This document shows, one piece after another, positions 47,239 through 59,800 of a stretch of DNA of 64,000 bases. The notes beneath the pieces are model-generated. The model saw only the letters and a list, made by a program, of their open reading frames with translations, did no database searches and was not told the DNA's origin. Both the position numbers and the translations under genes were made by a program. The stretch spans positions 13,206,001 to 13,270,000 of the forward strand of contig JBHGNT010000001.1 in the NCBI GenBank assembly GCA_043228905.1, written 5' to 3'. This stretch comes from Azolla caroliniana. Its lineage: Eukaryota > Plantae > Polypodiophyta. Position 1 is the first letter of the stretch, and every line of letters begins with the position of its first letter.

Positions 47239-47673
47239 TGTTACCCGGCCGGCAAGAAGGCTTAAGGATGTCCAGACCAGAGTGTGAAAGGAATAGTTTA
47301 TTCGGGAACTGTTGAATTAATTTATTAATATGGACGGACGGACCGGAATCGGTATGCCGATCCGGATCCGAACCGATTCCGAATAGGTGCCGGTTGGCAC
47401 CGTTTTGTATTTCGCACTAGAGACCTATATAAAGGCCCGGTTACAATGTAATTGACAGCGGATAATTAATAGAACTTATTGCCTTAATCCTTCAGTATTG
47501 ATTACCGTTCTGTGCTTATTGTATATCTTACGCGTGTTAATGATGTACTGCTAAGTAATCGATTAAGGTCTAATTAAGCGTTGTGTCGTAAGTCATTCTA
47601 CCGTAACACCCTTTGGTGAAGTGTCTTAAGTGGACACCCTGTGTTAGGCTGTTGTCCGGCCCTAGGATTAACA
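47239..47673 (+). repeat. GyB 3' LTR
   Basis: Direct repeat of 30491-30931. Confidence 0.95.
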
Positions 47674-48725
47674 TGCTGCCACGAGAAGATATTAGAGGAT
47701 GTCTATGTTGAATTCGGGTTGTATGAGGCTCACGTGGAGGGTATGTGGTCAAGTAATGTTATGCTCATCGAATGATGTGGTGTTTTGGAGTATTTTCAAT
47801 TCCAAGTAATGCAAGTTTTGAAAGACGAATTGCAAATTTGATATTTTGGAAGCTAATCCAGCACATACGCTAACTGTTATGAAGGATTTTAATAGTGTTA
47901 GTTATGTCTGATTAATTGTAAGAGGCTAGAATATGTGCCCTCAATTGTTGCCCTATGGGATATCTTCCTTGTGTGCATAGCCTTTGGCCAAGTTGTTTTT
48001 CCATTTGATGTGTGTTTTATACATTCCAATGACTATTGGAAATAGCTCTCCACATACCATGCATCTTCAAAGGAGAAAAAACTCCCTTTACATTCCATGT
48101 AATTATCTTTTCATAACTTACACTCTAACCCTCGTGTTGACCTGGGCACATTCTAACTATGTAAGTATGCCTAGAATATCCCAAAATAAAGTATTTTGTG
48201 TGGAAGAACTGTTGTTTAGCCATGGATACCCTAGTTACCTATGAACAACTTAGTGGGGTAGACATTTCAATCATGATAAATCGAAAAACTAATGAATCTT
48301 ACAAGAGCACACTAGATCTTGAAACTAAACATTTCTTTCTTGAGTTAAATTCCTTTAGAAATATAAAAGAGATTTGTTTTTTTACCTCATGTGCACTATT
48401 TTTTCTTTGTAAAACAAAAATAGAAATGGTAGTTGTTTGCCTTTTTTGTTTTCATTTTTTCCAATAAAAATAAGCGTAGTTAAAAGAAAAAAGTTGAGTG
48501 CCCAATTCTCCATGGATCCTAAGAGCGTGGCTTAATAACTATACTCTTAATTAAGAAAGAGGGTGTCCCTCTTAACAAGGAGCGAGGATCAACTGTTTTT
48601 GGCATTATATGCTTGAAAGTAGATTGCATTGAGTTTACATTTTAAATTTTCTTATCGCGAAAGACTTCAAGTCTCTCCATTGAGATCCATGATTCATTAA
48701 TGAGAGTTCACAAGTCAAGATCATG

Positions 48726-49392
48726 TAAATAGTGCTCACTATGTTGAATTGCTTTGATTTAGTATTCATTACTTCATTGTAGTATGTTTCATAGAATACT
48801 TTGATTGCACATCATTGGATGCTAGATATATTTGTGCTTAATGATCTATTGTGATAATGGTTGTTATTGAAATTTTCAAAAACCTTGTGTTACCAATTTG
48901 CAATTACAAAGGAAAAGATGGTGCCTTCACATCTATAACATATATAAGTAAACCAAACATTGTCATGCCATAGGCAAAAGTAGAATCCGATGGGGAGACG
49001 ATTAGGCTAGCATTATCACTAATCATAATCACAAGTGCATATATTGCATATGCGATAAATAGTGCTCACAGATGCTACATTGAATTGTTTTGATTTATCA
49101 TTCATTACTTCATTGTCCTACGTTTCATAGCATTCTTTGATTGCATTCATTGGATGCTAGATATATTTGTGTGTAATGATCTAAGGTGATAATGGTTGCT
49201 ATTGAAATGTTCAAAAAAGTTGTGTTACCAATTGGCAATTACAAAGGAAAAGATGATCATTTGGTTTCAACAATTGCCTTCACATCTATAACATATGTGA
49301 GTAAAATGGTAACACTGTCATGCCAAAGTCAAAAGTAGCATTCAATGGGGAGACGATTTGGCTAGCATAATCAATATTGACAAGTGCATATA
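48726..49392. repeat. Old tandem duplication (~320-340 bp x2; second copy from ~49056)
   Basis: taaatagtgctcac...cattggatgctagatatatttgtg...caattacaaaggaaaagatg...acaagtgcatatat occurs twice. Confidence 0.85.
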
Positions 49393-51385
49393 TAAGCGTC
49401 ATTGTTATGCAAAGGCAAAAACGAGCCCCAAGTTTTGAAACGTGAGAATATTGCACAAATAATGACATTAATCACATGATACATCCATGCACATACATAA
49501 TGCATATACATATAAAATATGTTCTCATCATGAATATATCATGCATGTGCACACTTCTTACAATCCACAATGCAATAGCATGCTAAACAAACAAAGTTGA
49601 AGGTTATGATGCCATCAACCTGTTGCCAAGAGGACATTGGGTTACACACTGACAAACACATTGTGTGCAAATTGAAAGACCATGTCTTGCAGGAAACTTA
49701 TGTAAATATCCTCCAAGTAACAAATGGCCACATGCTTACTACCTTGAACGCATCAAACATGTTGTTTTATTGCTTCCTATATCGTACTATTTGTTTACTT
49801 GCACTCCTCTCATGGGTTATTAGGTAATAAGATTTACTTCTTTATTTCGTACAATATTTCTTTCCTATTATCAAACCTAGCTTTGATCCCTTTTATTGTC
49901 AAAATATGGTAATGGAATTTGTTTTGGGGATTTGACAAGAATTTATGACCGATTGTGTTTAGGCATCCCTTGTAATGTCAGTCCAATGCATCTATTGTAT
50001 TATGTGGATGATGTCATTATCATAGAATGTGTAGTCCTAACTCTTGAGGGTGACAAGGAATGCATGATCATTCATCTAAATATACAATTGATCTATTACT
50101 TACCATGAATAAAGGTGCCGATGTGAATAGACTTGACAAATAACATAATGGTTCACTAATTGCAAATATGAAACGTTGTGATCTCAACTCCACCTCACAT
50201 GTTTGGGAAATATCTTTAGTACTACAATTTTTTTGTCATCAATGTTGTTATCCTTAATGCTTCAATAAATACTCGAGAATGAAATGGGAATTTTGAATTT
50301 GATCCAAGCATTGGAGTAGGAAAGACAATAACGGTGTTGTGACCATTGGGTCCCAATGATTAATCTCGAGTTTAATTAGTTATTGGGGGAACGGTAGAGC
50401 CTCAAAATGAAAGATGCAACTAGATGGTGTGGGGATGGGGCGAGGGTTATTTGGATGATTGATTTTAAGTTTATTTAAAGCCGACGTGGTTGACTCTTTG
50501 TAATCTCTTAAATTGGAACAACGACAAAGAATCTAGAGAACTAAATGAGCACATTTCTTAACACAAGAGTAATATGATTATCATACAAAGTACATTAAAG
50601 GAGTAGTAAATACAATGTCATTCTCAATTATTATTTATGTGAAAAAGTGAATCGACACATATACGAATGAAAGAAATCAATGTATCCTCAATCACAATCC
50701 GTCATCGTCATTTAGTTGGTCACTCCATCACCTCTATTATGTGACTTATTTTAAGACAAACATGATGATGATGTTGAAATCAACCTTGATGTTGACATCG
50801 AACCCCATCATCATCATAACATGTGTGTCCACATGGAGATATCTTGTCCATTCAATTTGTCCCATACCCCACATTTGCCTCTTTAGATGTGATAATAAAC
50901 CCCTCTAGCCCCCAAAAAATGATGGCTCGTGCATTATGGAGTGTGAAGCAAATATGTTTGAAACGATGTCATTCTTCTTGAATAAATTTGTTGAAGTGAC
51001 CACCCTCCCTTGCCAGTGTGCCAAAAGCACGCGTGCATGAGGATTTCTATGTTATAATCGCCAAGTAATGGCTACTTTGAAGTTTGTACCCATCCTTGAG
51101 AGAAAATGAGAGACTAGAGCACATGAATGAATATGTGGTGTAGTGTCTTGCCCACTGCCTTCATGTTACAATGCTCACTTCTCATGTACGTTGGGTGATT
51201 TGTTTAATGAATGATGTTCTCCTTCGTAAGTGAATTTGTTGGAATGACTCCATATATGTGCTGAAACACATGGATTTGTAATATATATGTTACAAATAGA
51301 GGCCAAGTTGTACCCACCCTAGAGAGAGGGAGAGAGATTCACCGGGATTTTAAATCATGTGTGATTGCTTCATAATACAACTGAC

Positions 51386-51465
51386 TCCTAACTAGAAAGT
51401 TGCAAAGTGACCTTTGCAATCATAATTTGAATTGGTCCTAACTAGAAAGTTGCAAAGTAACCTTT
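51386..51465. repeat. 30-bp direct repeat x2
   Basis: tcctaactagaaagttgcaaagtRaccttt twice. Confidence 0.85.
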
Positions 51466-54400
51466 CATCGAGTTGAGTTTGATATAAAAACGTGATCCAT
51501 GTATCATGCCTTATACTCGAGTCAAAATAATTACCATAAACATATATGTATATGTATAGATCTCAACTTGAACTCTTACTTATATTCCGGTATTTGGTTT
51601 CATGATAACAAGAAATTGAAATATGTCTCGACAATAACATCACATCATTAAGGAACACTTTTTTTAAAAGAGAACCTTTTTTTTTCTCCACATGCAAATC
51701 CTCATGATAACCATGGTCCATAGGTTCATCCACTTGTAATAATGAGAGCCTAATAAGAGTCTTAACATGTCTTAAAGCTTACTAGGTCCTTGAAAGTTGG
51801 TACACATGTAGTAGGAAATGGTGCAATCAGACAAGACAAAAATATGTCAAACGAAGAAGCAAAATTGTTGGCAGATACAAACAAGAGAAATGATATTTTC
51901 TTGCAAAGGGTTTCCTGAACTTGAATGAAAGTAAATGGAATAAGGAACCTCAAAGTAAGGAGAATTGGTAAAATATTCTCATTTGTATTAGAAATTCAAA
52001 GAGTATGCTACTTGAAGTATGTTTGGTAGAGCTATCTCCCAATCACATTAAATCCAAGATAGTATATGCAATTATAGCTTAAAAAGAATATATGAAAGAT
52101 CAAGAAGATTAACCCTATAATAATTAAGAAAGGGGTTGCACGAATGTCACTAATTTCTCTTATCAATAGAACACATTATATCAGAAAATTAGTCTTCGTA
52201 ACCTTTGACATTTCGTTAGCTTTAGGAATTAGGTAGAATAAGATATTATTAGTATGTAGCATTTGATATATGAATATCCAAAATTATAAACCCCGATGAA
52301 TAGGTAGTTAAGATATGTAGGTATGGAAGATGACATATAAGCTCAAACAAAAGATGCAGGCACGTGAACATATGTAACTCATATGGACAGCTATATAAAC
52401 ATATGCAAGGCAATGTTGTAACTTGAAACGAGCTTATAAAGGAATGATTTTCTCTACATATTTGTGCTACTAAGTAAACAATCACGTCTCTATATGATTT
52501 GGTTTTAAACGACAAACATATTCTTTCTTTCTTTTTTCCAAAGAAAACTCCTTCCATTAGTTATAAAAATTTATAGATGAGATTGTTATATACAAATCCT
52601 TGTAGGGAGATGATAGTTCCATCCATAGTATGAACCATACGTGCATTTGCATTCGCGTAAGAAAAACACCCTCAAATAATGATAAATACCATACTTTTGT
52701 ATTAACTATTTTTTATGAGGTAAATGAGCCTAAAAAATGGAAAAAAAACAAAAAAAAAACACAAGAATGTTTGAATAACATTCACATTCGTTTTCCAATG
52801 TAGGAAAATGAATGTTATGCTAGACGAACACGAATTTTATGTACTATGGTTCCATCTTATATAGATGCCCACTAACTCAAGAAGGGAGAGGACGACCATT
52901 GTTGGATGAAGGGTAGGACAAACATATTCTTTTCAGCTATGATTTTTTTACCTCGACTTGATTTTTTAATGTGGTTAGAACCTAACTTTGATGAAACATG
53001 TATTTGGGTCATTTTGGAAATAAGTAAACATGTTTTCAGAATGTCTAACACAAGTAAACATTGTTTTCTCATTTATGAGACTTGGTTTATACCTTAGGTG
53101 TCATAAAATTAATTTTTGATGCTTCAAGTTTCTCTATTTTTGTGGGAGCTTCGTGACAATTACATATTCCGCACTTCCTATAACCTCCCACATGCACGCG
53201 GAAATATTCAGGATTTCTTGATGAACGATCCAATCATAATGAAAACTTTGAAAATATCCCCATTCTCAATTTGAGGAAGTGTGCGTTTATGGTAAAAGCA
53301 ATGATATGTATCTAGCTTCTAGGAGCCTTTGGGGCAAAGCACATCACCTTGACACAAGTTCCCAATGGAATCCCACCATCCTTGTTACGCTTTGTTCTTG
53401 CTTTTGCTTCTACTTTGATAACTTCAATAAGATTGGAGTTAACCTAGTTGAATGTTGTTATATATTGTGAATCGTGATTATTGACTTCTAGAGGACACAC
53501 TTTGTATTGAGCTCGAATATCCAAAATAGATAGTACAATGCTCTTAAATACATACATGAAAAAATGTTTTTGGAAGTTAGGCGTATCTGGATAAATATCC
53601 GAAATTGGTAGCGCTATTTTGGAGTTTTGTCTTTAAGTATTTTTATAATTTTAGGAAAAGATAGTGATGCATTGCAACACACATCTTTGTTTTTTTGGAA
53701 GATGTAATACAAGGATCCACTTGTTATAACCAAAGACAATTGTATATATAGAATATTGTTACAATATCTAAGCAACAAGGTTGGCACACCCTTCTCAGGA
53801 TCTAAGTTATTGTCTATGGGTTTCTAATGTGTGTTCTTGACATCTTTGCTGAGACCATTAGGACATGTGGTTCACTTGGTATCATTTCATATGCCGGAAA
53901 ATATGCAAGAAACATAAAGTATGTAAATTTGTTCTTCGAGGCTCCTTATTTACACGTTTCTAAGCCTATTTGACTTAGTTAGCACATGTACACTTTGCTA
54001 AAGTGTACATCCCAACTACATGAGCTAGATAACATACTATATATGTTAGAACCTTTGTGATACCTTTGTTTGTAATGTATCTTAAGACTCTCTTCTTGTG
54101 AGAGGATGACAAAAAAGAAACGCTCTCCATCATTTGAGTCATGAATTGAAAGTTTGATTAGCTCCATAAAACCCTTGCCCAATATTTGTGTTGTTGGTTT
54201 TCTAAAGTCAATGTGCCTCTTGCTTTTCTAAAGCACAATTGTTTCAATCCTCTAGTGACAATTACAAATGAATAGTTCAAATCAGAAGCATTTCAATGCT
54301 ATCCATAATCATTATGCAAACATACTTAAAATACTCAATATTTACATCGTCCATCTTCATCACTTAGATTGCTAGCCTAATTTTGGCTCTATTAGTATAT

Positions 54401-56591
54401 ATGTTAAACAATTAAAGACCTCAATGGACGTCACTATTTGTTTTAAGGACAAATATGAGTCTACATTAAGTATCATCCTTAAAACCGAAAATAACATGTA
54501 TTTATGAATCAAGACCAATGCTCAACCCGGCCGTTTTTTTTTCTACAATTTGTACTATCAACTGATATTTTGTGAGCTCGCAACCCCCTCAAGCTAGCGG
54601 GCCACCCAAAACCACACGGCAAAGTAAATTTCTTCTAAACACATTTAGTCAAGAAGTTATTCAAAGTGTGCAAATTTGTGAATTTAACCTCCTCATGAAC
54701 AAGCCCCATCTTAGGTAAAAGGAATTTGTTATCATCCGTTGTTGTTTTGAAGTACGATCAAATTAACTCCCCAATCAAATCTTGCCCGTGATTTGAAAAT
54801 CAAATGATTCTTATAGGCATGCCTTGCATGGTAAAAGTTTCACCCTTGTGCTTGTGCTTGTAGGGATTGCCATTAATTTTTGTCTCACCAATTCATTGTC
54901 AAAATATGCAACATTTAAATTACCAAACTTTTTAACCCCTGCAAATCATTGTGTGCTAATATACAACATTTAGATTATTATTATTCTATGTTGATGTGAG
55001 ATTAGACATTTTGTTTTCCAAAGGATGCGGAGTTTATTAAACAAACGTTATGTACTGAAAATACATCTTATTGCCCCATGTAAGATCAACATATGGAAAT
55101 GAAGGTGCACTGGAAAATATATTGTGTCTCCTTCAAGACAATTGCACACAATGAGTTTGTTTTGCAATGTTTGCCCATGAGGGTCTTAGTGAAAGTGTTG
55201 CAACTCACAAGGCTAGTGAAGAATGCTTGCAACTAGGGCATGACATACAGTTGAACCATCCAAATGGAGTTGTTCAATTATGACTATATAATCATAACTC
55301 CTCCTCCGTACACTTTATAATCATAACGTTGGGCTATATTTTGTATTCTCCCCTTGCTATGATTGCGATTTCTTGTTTTGATCCCAAGCATATAGCATGA
55401 CAAGCCTTGCACCGTGAATGTCCACAATAATTCCATCAATGGCCTAATGTGCCAAATCAGGGATTTTGAAGGTTATATCCCCACTTTTCATTTTCTAGAT
55501 TCAAAAGGAAATGAGTAGCTAAGATGTAACTACATACTTATGATATATTAGAACCACGTTATGATGGACCACAAGAATATCATCCAAAAGTGGTCTTAGA
55601 TTACACAATGGTAAGGAGAAATTGAACTCTCCAATGTGAAATTGCATGAGGTCACAAATCATGATGGAAAGATCCTCTTCACAAGGATAATGATGGAAAA
55701 TAAAGAATGAGAGTGAATAATTTTTCACACGAGTTTCCGTGTGCACTGTGCATTATTTCGAACCCATGCATCACATCTTAGCACACCTTTCGAAATGTAT
55801 GTTTCATATGAAGAAACAAGCTTTAATGTGTACAAAGGAAGTAAATGGATGCTCATAGACCAGAACAAGGGTATACATATAGATATGCAAAGTTTCGATC
55901 GAACCACTTGTGTTAAAAAATCACGTGTATTTAGGGTGCAACATGCACAAAGACGAATAGGAGCACTTTAGCTGGTGGAAGAAGCAAAAGTTTCTTGATG
56001 TTTTTAAAGAGGCCAATGTGTTTGTGACTCGTGAGACCAAACCCGCGTTAAAGTAGGGAATACGTTGAGCTACTAAGCATTTACAAAAAGTGAAGCCGAA
56101 ACTTTGGAGATTGAACACGCATTTGCCTAGGAAACAAAGGAGTGAAACGTCGATGATTGGGAACGATATCTCGACCATCTGCGTTTTGCATCCGTTGAGC
56201 TATCTGAGTTGCAATAACATTAAAGGCTCCTTGGCATAAGCAAAATCTTCCAAAGATCTGCCGGATGTTGCGATGAGGCCCCACACAAATGAGAAGATGC
56301 CAGTCGGAGGGTAAGTCGGGATGCAAGAGTGAAAGGGCCTACAAAAGAACGAACGGTCGGTATGGTAAAGCCCCAACCGGATCAAGGATCGTATGTATGG
56401 AAGGAAGTGTGGTGAGTCAGGGTCACACATGCATGCGTGTGGAACCGGTGGGTAGGAAGATCCAACAAGACAAGAAAGGCAAAAACAAAGGACAAGTGGG
56501 TTGGTAGTTGACTTGGGCGGGAGGGGTATGGTATGTATGTATAAGGGACAAATATATGCATGTATTCACAGCACTTGGAAGTTATGGTAAA

Positions 56592-56790
56592 ACACACACA
56601 CACACACACACACACTCTCTCTCTCTCTACCTATTTGTTTGTTTGTTTGTAAGGGTGTTGGGGCCAGGTAAGAGGGGTCTCAAGTTCGAATCCTAACTCC
56701 CACACTTCTTCTTCTTCTTCTCATCGTTATATTCAAATACATGGTTCATACTCCCCTGTCTGTCTCTGTCTCGGTCTCTGTCTCTGTCTT
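56592..56790. repeat. (AC)n(CT)n, (CTT)n and (TCTCTG)n simple repeats in the kinase promoter/5' UTR
   Basis: Visible microsatellites just upstream of the ATG. Confidence 0.85.
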
Positions 56791-56892
56791 TGTCTCCCAA
56801 TACCTCCTTGCTCTGCTTCTCTTCATCCCATCATTTTCCCCAGCTACATGGATTGCCATAGCCTTACCTTGGTATGTATGTTAATGTAATAC

Positions 56893-59800
56893 ATGATGAG
56901 CGTCCCTCCCATGACTTCTCCACCATTCTTCTTCTCCTCCTTATCCCTCCTCTGCATCCTCCTCCTCTCACCACATCTTCAAGTGTTGCAAGGGTTACCT
57001 GCGGATATCAGCTCAGATAAGGAGGCCCTTCTCGCCTTCAAGAAGGCATTGCAATCCTCGGAGGCTCTGCTAGACTGGGCACAGAATGATCCTACTCCTT
57101 GCCATTGGACAGGGGTCTCTTGCAATAATGCCCAATTAGCTGCCAATTCTAATACTAATTCTACACTTACTTCTCCCACTAACACAGTTTCAATCAGAGT
57201 GGTTTCAGTATCGCTTGCAGGGTTGTCTCTCGCGGGTTCCATTTCTCCATCATTGACTGATCTTTCATCTCTTACCTATCTTAATCTAAGCTCCAACCAT
57301 TTGAGTGGAGCTATTCCCATGCAGCTCTGGAAAGCTTCAGCATTACAAGTGCTAGATTTAAGCTTTAATGAGCTTTCAGGCGGAATTGGGCCCGAAATCT
57401 CGGCCATGATTGGCCTCGAGCAGGTTTTCCTACATAATAACATGTTATCTGGACCGTTGCCACCTGAATTAGGGTTACTCTCAAAGCTTCATACCCTAGA
57501 TTTCGGCTTGAATTGCCTCTCTGGAGTTATTCCTAGTCAGCTTGGAGACTTGGATAGCTTAGTTTATCTGGCTTTAGATGGAAATGCAATAACAGGGGAA
57601 GTCCCATCTTCTTTAGGAAAGCTTGTAAAGTTGTCTTATCTTGATCTTTCAAATAACTTTCTGAAAGGAGAAATACCCCATCAACTTGGTAGCCTGTCAC
57701 AGCTAGAGTATCTTGATTTGAACAACAATAGCTTAACAGGAACTATTCCTTCCTCCATAGGTGGTTTGGTTAGCCTAACAGAGGTTTACATGGGTCAAAA
57801 TTTCTTTAAAGGGAGCTTACCTTCAGAAATTTCAAACTTGAAGAGGCTAACCATACTCAACATTGCATCTTGCTTCATCTCTGGAAGCTTACCATTAGAG
57901 ATAGGTGAACTAGAATCATTGAGTAGACTAGATTTGGCTCATAATCTATTAGGTGGGCCAATTCCAGAATCCATAGGAAAGCTTGGAAACCTCACATCTC
58001 TATCCATCCCAAATAATATGCTCAATGGCTCTATACCATCTTCTCTAGGGAAGTGTCGGAACTTAAAGATAATCGTGCTCGCATTCAATCATCTGTCGGG
58101 GGAGATACCAAACGAGCTCTCTGATCTTGTTTTGGTCGTCTCATTTTCTGTAGAAGGAAACCTTTTGTCGGGACATATACCCTCATGGCTCGGCGGGTGG
58201 ACATCCGTGAACGCACTGTTACTAGGGACCAATGATTTCTCAGGTGAGCTTCCTAGAGAGCTTGGAAATTGCTCTTCATTAAAATCCCTTAGTCTCGATG
58301 GAAACTACTTATCGGGTCCGATACCACCGGAACTTTGCCTCGCGCCAATGTTGTCGGAAATCTCTCTCAACAAAAACTCTTTTAGTGGGTCTATTTCAGA
58401 GACTTTCATCAATTGCTCATCTTTAACTGACCTTGAGCTTCCTGGTAATGTTCTAAGTGGCGTGATTCCGGGGTACCTTGCGGAGTTAAGCCAATTAGTA
58501 GCTCTTAACTTGGATTCCAACAACTTCTCAGGTTCCATCCCGGATAAGATATGGTCATCTCCTAGCTTAATGGAAATATCAGTGAAAAGCAACTACCTTG
58601 TAGGTGGGCTCTCTCCTCTAATATCAAATTTGAAGTACTTGGAGAGGTTATATTTGGATGAGAATTTCCTAGATGGTCCTCTTCCATCAGAACTGGGTGA
58701 TCTTGGAAGCTTAGCTGTATTAACTGCCAACAACAACCAATTCAAGGGAGTTATCCCAAAAGAGATAGGGAAATGCCTCCAATTGGCAACTCTCGACCTT
58801 GGGCATAACAAGTTGTATGGGCAAATACCACCGGAAATAGGGAAATTGCCTGACCTTGTATGCTTGGTACTGTCTCACAACTGGCTATCTGGCCCCATTC
58901 CAAAGGAAATATGTGCCTCGGCTCCTAAGGTTTACGACATACCTGAATCCTCTTTTCTTCAGCATTATGGCTTGTTTGACCTATCATGGAACATGCTGAA
59001 TGGTAGTATTCCAGAAGAGATCCTTAATTGCAATATGGCAGTGGAGCTCTCACTACAAGGAAACCGCCTTTCGGGTCCAATCCCAGCCACCATTGCTCAC
59101 TTGACGAACTTAACCACCCTTGACCTCTCTAATAATGGTCTTTTGGGTAGCATCCCCACGACCCTCAGCGAGCTCATTCATTTGCAGGGACTGAATCTTG
59201 GTAATAACAATCTCACTGGTGGAATTCCATCCGAGCTCGGAAGGATTACAAGCTTGGTGAAGCTCAACTTGACCCACAACCAGCTCTCTGGAGAACTCCC
59301 GAATGCTCTCGGGAATTTGACTGGATTGACCCACTTGGATTTGAGTCATAATACCTTGACCGGCCAAATACACTCATCTATGGCTAACATGATATCTATT
59401 GTTGGGCTATATCTTCGTGATAACCGACTTAGTGGTAACATCTCTGGGTTACTAAGCAATACCAAAGCCTGGCATCAAGTGCAATCACTCGATATTAGTA
59501 ATAATCTTTTTGACGGGATCATTCCGCCAACAATTGGAAACCTCTCGAGCCTTTCAACCCTCGATCTCCATGGGAACTCCCTCTTAGGAAGCATACCAGT
59601 GGAGATTGGGTCACTGTCTCAGTTGATTTACCTTGATTTGTCACATAACCACCTCTCAGGAGTTATGCCAAGTGAAATTTGCAACCTAGAAGAGCTTTCG
59701 GTTCTTAATCTATCATCAAATGAATTGGTCGGGGAGATACCAAAATCTGGCATTTGTATAAACTCTTCTGTTTCCTCTTTTGCATATAATGAAGGGCTTT

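Larger units (their letters stand above)
30491..47673 (+). mobile_element. Full-length GyB element (Athila/Tat-like non-chromovirus gypsy), TSD TGCTG, with GyA nested inside
   Basis: LTRs 30491-30931 and 47239-47673; TGCTG at 30486-30490 and 47674-47678. Confidence 0.95.

Noticed and set aside
54600-56450. Possible decayed coding or transposase remnant upstream of EMS1
   Set aside because: Only short ORFs, with no motif I could recognise; a translated search is needed.
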